This document shows, piece by piece, positions 52,999-64,000 of a stretch of DNA of 64,000 nt; positions within the stretch are counted from its first letter, which is position 1, and the number at the start of each line of letters is the position of its first letter. This DNA comes from Octopus bimaculoides (lineage: Eukaryota): contig NC_068986.1 of NCBI RefSeq assembly GCF_001194135.2, forward strand, positions 112,984,964 through 113,048,963. Reading direction: 5' to 3'. The position numbers were made by a program, and so were the translations under genes. The notes below the pieces were generated by a model. It was not told the origin of the DNA. It did no database searches and worked only from the letters and a program-made list of their open reading frames with translations.

Positions 52999-54889
52999 TG
53001 ACAAAGCAATTAGGGTGACAAGCTGTTTTTCTTGAGTTGAGAAAATATAATGATACATACACCCGTTCACATACAGGCACAAAGGTTTATGAACACATCT
53101 TCAAAATTCTATTCCGTTAGAACGCCGTCAGGTGACGCACATCGCCTTAGAACGCATGAATCTTAATTTTACTATTATAGCATCTTTTAAATCGTATTCT
53201 TACTATTATAACACAATGGGGTTTCCAGTGAAATGTCATTACATTCTCGAATGGCAGCTAGACTTCCTAATAACACAAGTTATACTTGTCTAAATATACA
53301 CACTAAGCAGCGTATCATTGTTTACTGCTATCTTTTCACTAATAGTTATTAAGTAGATTTTTTTATATGTTTAATTAAAATTATTCATTCAAAAATTTTT
53401 TTTTAAATACGTAGAATCGATATTAAAATTTCACATGATTTCTCTAAAAAATATTCTAAAGAAACGCCATTGTTTATTTCCAGACTGTGTTACGAGAGTT
53501 CACTGGTTGAAGTGAAAGGACGCCATCTGCATTTCTCTTTTTTTCTCTTTTTAATTCTTTCGCTCATTAGACTGCGGCCATATTGTAGTGCCACCTTAAT
53601 CCAAAATCGCGATCCGACTATGTACGCTGGAGACTTAGCTCCTTTTCTCAATCATTACGTTCAGCTCTTTTGTAGCTTTTGAGTTATTTTAATTCTTACT
53701 TTTAGCAAAAGCGGTGTTAAGCTGTTCTAAACGATGCTGCCAACGTATCTCTGGTTGTTGTGCACTGCAAACGCTGCTATGAGAGAGAATTTCTTGACTT
53801 TTCCACGAGAAACTCAGTACCTTCGTGGTTGTGTAATCCTGGAACCTTGTCTACTGAAGGTATGAGACTGTAGTGGCGATTCGAAACCAAACCGCTAAGT
53901 AACCAGTCAGACAGCACAACCATTATGTGTCTCCATTTTTGCCACACCAAACAGTTGACCAAGAACCACTGTCACCATGAATATAGCACAATCGTTTCCA
54001 GTTATGTTCAGCAAGCTGCAGGTTGCCGTATCAGTAGCTTGTCATAAACTCCTAGCGGTAGCTCTTTCTCAGTATGGAATTATTGCTGTTGTAATCAGTA
54101 AAAGGTCAACACNNNNNNNNNNNNNNNNNNNNNNNNNNNNNNNNNNNNNNNNNNNNNNNNNNNNNNNNNNNNNNNNNNNNNNNNNNNNNNNNNNNNNNNN
54201 NNNNNNNNNNNNNNNNNNNNNNNNNNNNNNNNNNNNNNNNNNNNNNNNNNNNNNNNNNNNNNNNNNNNNNNNNNNNNNNNNNNNNNNNNNNNNNNNNNNN
54301 NNNNNNNNNNNNNNNNNNNNNNNNNNNNNNNNNNNNNNNNNNNNNNNNNNNNNNNNNNNNNNNNNNNNNNNNNTATATATATAACAAAATAAATGTTTTG
54401 AATGACACAGCAATGCACTATAATACAAAGAATGGACTATAATACTTTGTAAATTAATCATCCATAGACTAATATGATATTTCGGAATAAAATTCCTTCT
54501 TCAGATATTCCTAGGAATTGATGGAGTCGCTGCTATAATCGGTTATATATACATATATCACTAAAAAATACTCATTAATTACAGGACATTACCACTGAGA
54601 AAAAATACGTAAACACACGGGAGAAAAGTACTAAAAGAAAAGTACAGGGCACAGTACTAAAAGAAGATAACTCGCTCATCAGTTGTCGATTTTTTGTTAC
54701 TACGCATTTCGTGCATTATAAGACAGCGGCATCCGAACAGTTTAAAATATAAAATGTGTGGAGAGTTGGGGCTTCGAACGAACAAAGAACAAGAGAGTGG
54801 ACGTACATATTAAACAATCGACGAAGACAAATATTAAGGCCAAGGCAAATTGTAATGGTTAGCGCCTTATATATAATATCTGCATGTGT

Positions 54890-55009
54890 GTGTCGTTATT
54901 CCGTTTAATTTCAAGGTTTCATGCCAATAGAGAAAAAGAAAGGTTTTAACCTAGATCTAAGGCTCCTTCGTTGAAGTTTCAACATCAACAACAAGGTATG
55001 TACGTATGA

Positions 55010-55052
<43 letters not shown>

Positions 55053-55570
55053 TATACATATGTGAAAGTTTGTATGTTTTGTTTTATGTATGTCTTCTCA
55101 TTCATATACTTGTATATTTGGACATATATACAAGGCACATATATACTTAAATGATAAACGTCTGGAAAAGTTTACAGATCTTTGCAATTCCAGATAGACT
55201 GGATCTGTTGTCTTCGAATCGACTTTCTCGTGTCTAGTTTTTAGAAGCCTAGTTCTCAAATCTGGTATGTAGGCAGTGTGTGACATATCCTAGTACCTTA
55301 ATTATTATAAACTCGAGTATAAATGTAAGTATAAGTATAACCCAGAACTTGAAATCTGATTAAAGTAAGTGCAGATTGTTCAATAGTTCAGCGTTCGTAG
55401 TCATTTTTTCACTGATCTTCAGCTTTATGTTAACATCCGCTGGGTTGCTGATTTCCACAAATTTACAGTTTCTTTTCTCTATCCAAAATGATTATATCAG
55501 GTCTGTTGGGTTCACATTTTATCGTTGTTTCACTGGGACAATCCACCTGTACTCCTTTATGAGTGGCAAT
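54890..55570 (-). mobile_element. 5'-truncated RLE LINE ((CATA)n-associated family), copy 2, including 3'UTR
   Basis: Minus translation KEYRWIVPVK...PTDLI...FVEISNPADVNIKLKISEK...AELLNNL is homologous to 59950-60800. A long (TATG)n begins at the truncation point. Confidence 0.8.
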
Positions 55571-55574
55571 GCAT

Positions 55575-55825
55575 ATACGTATGTATGTATGTGTGTATGT
55601 ATTATGCATGCATGTATGTATGTATGTATGTATGTATGTGTGTATGTATTATGCATGCATGTATGTATGTATGTATGTGTGTATGTATTATGCATGCATG
55701 CATGTATGTATGTATGTATTATGTATGCAAGTATGTATGTATGTATATACATATGCATGTATGTATGTATGTATATACATATGCATGTATGTATGTATGT
55801 ATATACATATGCATGTATATGTATA
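55575..55825. repeat. (TATG)n/(TATGCA) compound microsatellite
   Basis: Direct inspection. Confidence 0.9.
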
Positions 55826-58800
55826 CACGTCGGGTCTCTCAGTTTCCCCACTACCAATACCTTCATTCGAATAGTCATGTGCCTTTTCCAGTGGTTCCCA
55901 ACAGTGGTTCACAACAAACCTTTTATTTAAATGAGCTTTCCACAAGCTCCTTTTAATATCCTTATCTTTATCCTTATGTGTATATGTATATATATATATA
56001 TATATATATNNNNNNNNNNNNNNNNNNNNNNNNNNNNNNNNNNNNNNNNNNNNNNNNNNNNNNNNNNNNNNNNNNNNNNNNNNNNNNNNNNNNNNNNNNN
56101 NNNNNNNNNNNNNNNNNNNNNNNNNNNNNNNNNNNNNNNNNNNNNNNNNNNNNNNNNNNNNNNNNNNNNNNNNNNNNNNNNNNNNNNNNNNNNNNNNNNN
56201 NNNNNNNNNNNNNNNNNNNNNNNNNNNNNNNNNNNNNNNNNNNNNNNNNNNNNNNNNNNNNNNNNNNNNNNNNNNNNNNNNNNNNNNNNNNNNNNNNNNN
56301 NNNNNNNNNNNNNNNNNNNNNNNNNNNNNNNNNNNNNNNNNNNNNNNNNNNNNNNNNNNNNNNNNNNNNNNNNNNNNNNNNNNNNNNNNNNNNNNNNNNN
56401 NNNNNNNNNNNNNNNNNNNNNNNNNNNNNNNNNNNNNNNNNNNNNNNNNNNNNNNNNNNNNNNNNNNNNNNNNNNNNNNNNNNNNNNNNNNNNNNNNNNN
56501 NNNNNNNNNNNNNNNNNNNNNNNNNNNNNNNNNNNNNNNNNNNNNNNNNNNNNNNNNNNNNNNNNNNNNNNNNNNNNNNNNNNNNNNNNNNNNNNNNNNN
56601 NNNNNNNNNNNNNNNNNNNNNNNNNNNNNNNNNNNNNNNNNNNNNNNNNNNNNNNNNNNNNNNNNNNNNNNNNNNNNNNNNNNNNNNNNNNNNNNNNNNN
56701 NNNNNNNNNNNNNNNNNNNNNNNNNNNNNNNNNNNNNNNNNNNNNNNNNNNNNNNNNNNNNNNNNNNNNNNNNNNNNNNNNNNNNNNNNNNNNNNNNATA
56801 CATTAGCGTCTATTTCTAATTCAGTAATTCAGTACGTGGCGTGGCACTTAACTAACACCTGATTACAATTATGTATATAATTATAGAATATTTTATATAT
56901 ATATATATATATATATGATATTTCGAATTTAGTTGACGGGCGCCCAATACTAACTTTGCCAACCACAGTTTTGGAGCCATTGGCTTATCCTATGTTTCCA
57001 GCTCTTCAGCATAATTGAAAATCTTATGACGATTGGCTTCTCTATTAATGCATCCAACTTTCGATGACCAGTGTAGATGTGAAATCTACCCTGAATGAAC
57101 ACTTCACAGCCAGATTCAGTAAATCTAAAGGAAACGCTAACCAATAATTACTTCAATATATTTCCGTAATAATTTGTACTATCGCTAAAGTTGATTTAAT
57201 TATATAATCCTTTCAAAGATATTACATTAAGTGTTATATGCGCTACACTGTGATGCCATCATTTATGCCACTGCTATCGGCTTCCAAATAGATTTCTTGT
57301 GCCTAATAATCATATCAATATTCCTGATTTCTATATATTTAGCAAAGGCTCATCACTTGAATAGTAGTGGACCTAAATTTAAGAAGTCAATATGTTGCTA
57401 ATGTAAGTCTGTCAACTGTTTAAATAACACATTACAGATCATTTCAAACCGTATACGCAATATGTATATATGAATTAAATATTAGTTTTGCAGCGTGGTT
57501 ACTCACATTGCTATTCAATAGCTTTGAGTTCGATCCAGTAGCGAGAAACTTGGACAAGTGAATTTTTCTACATCCTTGGATACAAAAAAAAAAAAAATCT
57601 TGTGCGTTAAAATCAGTAGCAGAAAATGTGTAGAAGCTCTCTGTTCTATTTCCTTGCTATGGTTCTTAATCCGTCTCTGGATTAACATTAATTACCTCTA
57701 TTTGTTTTCTAGTTTCGTTTAACAGCGTTCAATCTCTTGCAAGTATTCGTTGGTTGGCGATTATCTTCTTCCTCTATTACGCAAGGTTCAAAGACTCTGA
57801 AAATTGTCATTGGCGCTGCTACCCTTTTGTCCTTTGGACTAAATCATTAAATTTAAAATTTAATTTTAAAAATATCCAAACTTATCAAACTTATATCATC
57901 ACTCTAAATGTCTATTTCTTACCATCATAAAACTGGTTGCTGAAGAATCGAAGATTAAAATAAAAACGTACTTGACTATAAAAGATATTCTTTATTTGGC
58001 TGGAGATGTCCAAATTGAAAACGATTTGATGGATGATACCAATGTTAATTTGATCTGAACCCGTAAACTCATAAATTTCCCGATAACATTTTGTAATTAA
58101 TATAAAGCTAGAAATGTCCAGAATACAATTATGGCTTCTGCCCCCTTCCCTCACACCATGTTTTCGTACCTTCCTCCCTACCTAGTCTTATAACTCCCAC
58201 GTTTTCATGTCTGTTTTCTTCCTCTCAACGACTTAGTATATATTAATTCGTTTTGTGTTTGATTGTCATTTCCATCTGATGTTGTTTGTGTTGATGTTTA
58301 GCCCTAGGTCAAAACTGAACCAGCAAAACTATGATCAAAACTGCTTACACAGTGAACAGCGTGGTTTTTAAATAATTGTCTACAATACTATCTGACGTCG
58401 TTCTGTTGTTTTTTCTTTTTTTCTCTTCAAGAAGCTTGCTGGGGACGGGTCAAGATTAGCCTGCTAAGCCTTTCAGATCGAGTGACCATGCAAAGTTTCC
58501 CATTGATGTTTGCAAGATCCGGTTCTTGGGAGCATTAAGAAATTACCGAAGTTATAGCTGATTATTTGAAGATGCCACACTGCAGACTAGTTAAACTATT
58601 CATATGTCTATTAATATGAGCAAGAAAATTTGCATTCGATATTTATTTTTAATTTGTTCGTATTATCGAAAATGTTTTCCTGATACTCAATCCAACTTTG
58701 GTCTATCTAACGTGTTATAATCAACGAGATCACATTTACGACCATCCCGGTCTTTTAATATCCTTTGTTCTGGATAACAACTGTAAATATCCATTGATTT

Positions 58801-59949
58801 CAAGATTGAGCTTTTGTTTTACTATTTTTAGTTTATTAATGGTGTTTAGACTCAAATTTTCAGAAAATTGAGCGACTGTATTCAGTCAATAATGTAGGTG
58901 TAATGACGTCATTATAATGCCATAGAAGTGTATACTAATTGTCTTATAAGATATCAAAGTACTAATGCTCTAGAAGATCATGTTTAGCCTAAAACCAGAG
59001 TAAACTGTCTTATTTGAATAAGATTCTGCTGTTTCGCTGCATGTATCACGTATATATTACTAGCAGTTTCTCGTGATTTAGGAGCAGTCACCAGATATAA
59101 TTGAAACGGGTCGAATTTGGGTTCCATAAGGGAGGAGATCTCTGACCAGAGAAAGAGTCGCTTCCTTCCTTTTCAGTACTGATTATACTCACGTGTATCT
59201 CACAAATCGTTAGTTCATTCTTTGACGAAAAAAACATCTTAAAGACATACCCTGATTTGCATAGGTTTTGCACTTAAGTTTCATACACGTATACATTGAT
59301 GTAAGTCTTTTCAAATTTCTTTTCAATACATGTTTGAACCAGTTCAAGTGTGTTCTTGGCATAACCACGCGTTTATTGAGATTGGAATAAATAGTTATTA
59401 AGTCTACGAGAATTTATTGAATATGGTCAGGCCATCGGAATGACAGCTGTAGAAATAAAATCTTTGCAGAACATATTAGGTTTTTCGATCATGCACATAA
59501 AATTGTGTCGTATACGCTGTTCTTCCAATAATTTTCATGGTACGTTTCTCATTGCTTGTGACCCAACTTTCAACGCTGTGTATGTCTTGGTACAAGAAAT
59601 GCGTCATAAATTACAAGTTTTGCTTTTTCCCACTCATAATCATTAGAATCTCTTCTCAGATAACATAAGGAAACATCTCACGTTGTTCTGTGTTGTATCA
59701 TATCAGTATTTTTGCTTTACATTAAGTGACTAAATAGATATTGAAAAAAATAAACAGCTCTCAGTCTTTCAACATTTTCGCAAATATTCGAAGAAACACC
59801 TGGAAAGACTAGCATCGAAAACTGTATCAACTGAGCATATCTCTACTACAGGAATTGGAGAATTCATTTATATACATACATACATACATACATATATACA
59901 TACACACATTCAGATGTAGAAAACTCCATGATGATAGTAATATCCACCA

Positions 59950-60800
59950 CCAGAGCCATTTATCATGAACCAGTAACCGGATTACTACCTCCCACTTTGA
60001 AGGGTATGTGTTTGTAATCAGGAACAGGAAATATCAACCAGATAACTGATGCACAAAAAAGATAGAGATACAGGAAAAGCAGTAAAATGTGACAACCGAT
60101 GCAGTCTTTGTAGAGTTCACACTGAAAATATCACCCACATCATTAGCAGTTGTCCGAAATTGTCACCACGGTATTATCTGTTGATGAGACAAATTACGTT
60201 GTAGCTAGGACATTCTATAATGAAATTCGTCGGAAGGATAATCCCGAGGACAAACAAATACACACCCACAATATGGTAGAAGCCATAACCACTCCTGATA
60301 AAATGGAATACGGGTGAAAACCTCAATAAAATGAAAGCACAACAGACCTGATATGATGATTTGGGATACAAAAGAGAAACTATGCACATTTGTAGAAATT
60401 AGCTGCTCAGCGGATGTTAAGATAAAGCTGAAAATCAGTGAAAAAGAGAATACCTATGCTGAGCTATTGAGAAATCTGTAGTCACTCTATCCAGATTACA
60501 AGTTCAGGTTTATACCTGTAATTATTGGAGCTCTGAGGTATGTAACACACTGCCTAAATAGCAATCTTGAGAAATTAGGTTTCTCAAATCCACAATGGAG
60601 AAAGCTAATTCGAAGACTACAGATCCAATCCATCACAGGAACTGTAAAAATATGTAAAACTTTCCAGAATTTTATCATTTAAGTATATTTGAGTATGTCG
60701 CGATATGCAACAATATGCATGAGAATACACGCATAAAGCATACAAATCTGCACATACATAAATGCATACATACATACATACATACATACATAAATACATA
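59950..60800 (+). mobile_element. 5'-truncated RLE LINE ((CATA)n-associated family), copy 3
   Basis: HFEGYVFVI...CDNRCSLCRVHTENITHIISSCPK (CCHC finger)...HNRPDMMIWD...FVEISC (PD..D..E RLE motif)...YPDYKFRFIPVIIGAL...SITGTVKICKTFQNFII*, followed by (CATA)n. Confidence 0.9.
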
Positions 60801-62135
60801 CATACATACATACCTATAGATGTATGCAGATAAGCGGGGTAAAATGCATCTGCTCGAATTATCCTTTTATCAAGCAATCTATTTATATCTTTGTATCTAT
60901 CTATATGTGTGTCCGTGTGAGTGTGCGTGCGAGCGAGAGCGTGCGTGCGAGGGAGAGCGTGCGTGCGAGGAAGAGCGTGCGCGCTCGCACGTGTATGTGT
61001 GTGTATGTGAGTGTGTGTGTGTGTGTATGTGTGTGTGTGCCTGCCTAATCACATCTATAGCAATATGAAGCACTAAATACTAATTTCCCACTCGACGACC
61101 ATTCATTGATCACATCACACTTATTGCCAGGGATGACAAAAGTTCATCCATCTCAGTTTAACCCGCTTCTTTCTCATTCAACTTCTTCTAGCGTTCTCAC
61201 AGCACACAGAATGCTGTATAATAGTGTTCCATAGTATCTAAAGATCCATTTTCTATACGGGTGCATTTGAAACATGAGTCTCTTCAATGACGTTACACTG
61301 TAACCAATTAGACGGACTCAGCCCTTCAATAACTACCAAATTGTTTTCTTTCACTTTCTGTTATATTTTGAGGATTCATTTGTTAAGTGCCATATATTTA
61401 GGGACGTTGGTTTCTGTGCTGTATTTAGGTTTATTAATGTACATCGTGATTTCCTCTATAGCGACTCAATAATCCGTTTATTAAGAATCACTTCAGACTT
61501 AATAACAAATACAAAAAGAGATCGAATTTTCTGAGACATCAAGAGTGTCATTTGAGATAAACTATCATTCTAAAAGGACTTTTTCGCGCTATTAGCCTGC
61601 AATCCGAATTGTATTCTGCCTAATTCACATTCATTTTATTACTGCAATCTTATTACAACGACAGCAAAAATTACTCAACACCCAAAGATTTTTACTGTAT
61701 AATATATATATATATATATATATATATNNNNNNNNNNGTGAAGCTCTACATAGCGCCGTAAACTTACCGGCTGCTATTTCTAGCAATGATCGTACTTCGT
61801 GAACACCTGCTTTATATGTTTATAATTCTAGCTATATGGTGCTTTATTGTTGCTGCATATTAATGTCCTTTTAATAATATCTATTATCGTCATGCGCGCG
61901 CGCGCACATACGCACACACATGCGCACACACACACATACGCACACACAGACGCACATACACACACACACGCATATATACATATATATGAATAAACACACA
62001 CACACACATACGCACACACACATATATATATATATATATATACATCGTAAATATGAAGGAAATAAATTAACATAATTTATTACCAGTTGTGACCATGCAT
62101 TAATAAAAGTCATATTACAAAATATTTTTAAGGTA

Positions 62136-62516
62136 TAAAAGTGTATAAAATATTTTACACAGGAGTCCATTGACAGGACTCCTAACAGGCTAAAAAGCCA
62201 GTTAATACCTAAACCACGAAAATGAGAATTCACGAAGCACGCTGATATAACACTAGTACGGAGTTTCGCCATTAATTGCCCAAGTAAACACACTTGGGAT
62301 CTGTGGTTCATCAGCGGAATCGCTAATTAGTTTGTTGGGCAACAGATAGCGAAACACGAGTCCGGGATTGAATAATTCTTTTTTCTTCGTTCTACTGTGA
62401 TATCAGCATGCCTCATATATTTCTTTCGTGGTTTAGGATTTCACTGGCCTTTTTAGCACGTAAGGATTCCTGTCAATGAACTCCTCTTGGTATATAAAAT
62501 ATTTTAAACACTTTTA
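62136..62516. repeat. ~380-bp foldback: two divergent copies of a repeat (HHR family 4) joined at their ribozyme-like ends
   Basis: Left arm taaaagtgtataaaatatttt...aggagtccattgacagga...gctaaaaagccagt...cctaaaccacgaaa...gctgatat matches the reverse complement of the right arm. The centre holds ATTCCG-CTGATGA on the minus strand and GAAACACGAGTC-CGGGAT on the plus strand. Confidence 0.85.
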
Positions 62517-63348
62517 AGGATTTTTAGCTGAACAAATCGACTTTTAAGACTAGTATTTATTTGACGCCACTAAATTATGATGACATAAATACACANNNNN
62601 NNNNNNNNNNNNNNNNNNNNNNNNNNNNNNNNNNNNNNNNNNNNNNNNNNNNNNNNNNNNNNNNNNNNNNNNNNNNNNNNNNNNNNNNNNNNNNNNNNNN
62701 NNNNNNNNNNNNNNNNNNNNNNNNNNNNNNNNNNNNNNNNNNNNNNNNNNNNNNNNNNNNNNNNNNNNNNNNNNNNNNNNNNNNNNNNNNNNNNNNNNNN
62801 NNNNNNNNNNNNNNNNNNNNNNNNNNNNNNNNNNNNNNNNNNNNNNNNNNNNNNNNNNNNNNNNNNNNNNNNNNNNNNNNNNNNNNNNNNNNNNNNNNNN
62901 NNNNNNNNNNNNNNNNNNNNNNNNNNNNNNNNNNNNNNNNNNNNNNNNNNNNNNNNNNNNNNNNNNNNNNNNNNNNNNNNNNNNNNNNNNNNNNNNNNNN
63001 NNNNNNNNNNNNNNNNNNNNNNNNNNNNNNNNNNNNNNNNNNNNNNNNNNNNNNNNNNNNNNNNNNNNNNNNNNNNNNNNNNNNNNNNNNNNNNNNNNNN
63101 NNNNNNNNNNNNNNNNNNNNNNNNNNNNNNNNNNNNNNNNNNNNNNNNNNNNNNNNNNNNNNNNNNNNNNNNNNNNNNNNNNNNNNNNNNNNNNNNNNNN
63201 NNNNNNNNNNNNNNNNNNNNNNNNNNNNNNNNNNNNNNNNNNNNNNNNNNNNNNNNNNNNNNNNNNNNNNNNNNNNNNNNNNNNNNNNNNNNNNNNNNNN
63301 NNNNNNNNNNNNNNNNNNNNNNNNATGTATATATATATATATATATAT

Positions 63349-63379
<31 letters not shown>

Positions 63380-63389
63380 TAGGTGTATA

Positions 63390-63530
63390 TGTGTGTGTAC
63401 GTTTGTGTGTCTGTGTTTGTGCACCCACCATCTCTTGACAACCGATGTTGGTTTGCTTGCGTCCGCGTAACCCAGAGGCTATTTCGACTAAAGGCGGTGC
63501 TCCAGTATGGCTGCAGTCAAATGAATAAAG
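63390..63530 (+). mobile_element. SINE family B, 3' fragment
   Basis: ttgacaaccgatgttggtttg...ttcgactaaaggcggtgctccagtatggctgcagtcaaatga. Confidence 0.75.
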
Positions 63531-63965
63531 CAAATAAATGAATAAAAGAATATATATACATATACACACACACATGCCTTCCCAAACCCATGCCTTCCGC
63601 TCAAAACCAGAGGAGAATTTAACAAAGGCATTCGACAATCTAACTTAGTCATACATGATGGGGATTTAGAAGACACACAGCTCAACAGGATGACCCTTCG
63701 CTACGATGACGGGGGAGTCTACTGGAAGAATTTACCGTGAAATAGCAATAACATATCTGTCAATTTCTGTGAGCCAGTTAATCAATTTGACTGTTGCCAT
63801 TGGTTCGATGTGACTCAAGTCAAATTAACGGTTTATTATGTGAAGCCTACTCATTGTTGGCCAAATAGCCAGGCATTTGTATCTCTATATATTCGTATCT
63901 GTGGAATGAATACACATGCATGTATTGTATGTATATATGACTGCGTGTGTGTGTGTTTTTATATA

Positions 63966-64000
<35 letters not shown>

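Overview
AT-rich, microsatellite-saturated animal DNA from a gapped draft assembly (about 22 N-gaps, nearly all bordered by (TA)n, (GT)n or similar repeats). The SINE/LINE families look like those of Octopus; this is inferred from recognising the repeats, not from a database search. No host gene can be named. Almost every long ORF in the supplied track is a gap or microsatellite artefact. The window contains fragments of several non-LTR retrotransposon groups: R4/Dong-type RLE elements next to (TAA)n, a second RLE family next to (CATA)n, an RTE-like 3' end with three C2H2 fingers, and CR1-like, L1/Tx1-like and L2-like pieces. It also holds an internally deleted mariner with both TIRs, many SINEs, and a few weak candidate exons on the + strand. 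The most interesting signal is four different short repeat families carrying minimal type-I hammerhead-ribozyme (HHR) motifs of the Penelope-like-element (PLE) kind. One copy is near-intact (44098-44143) and one is a single substitution from canonical (49133-49181). Three times these elements form head-to-head inverted pairs with the ribozyme ends facing inward (about 13.95 kb, 43.4-44.2 kb and 62.3 kb). Repeat boundaries are read by eye and approximate.
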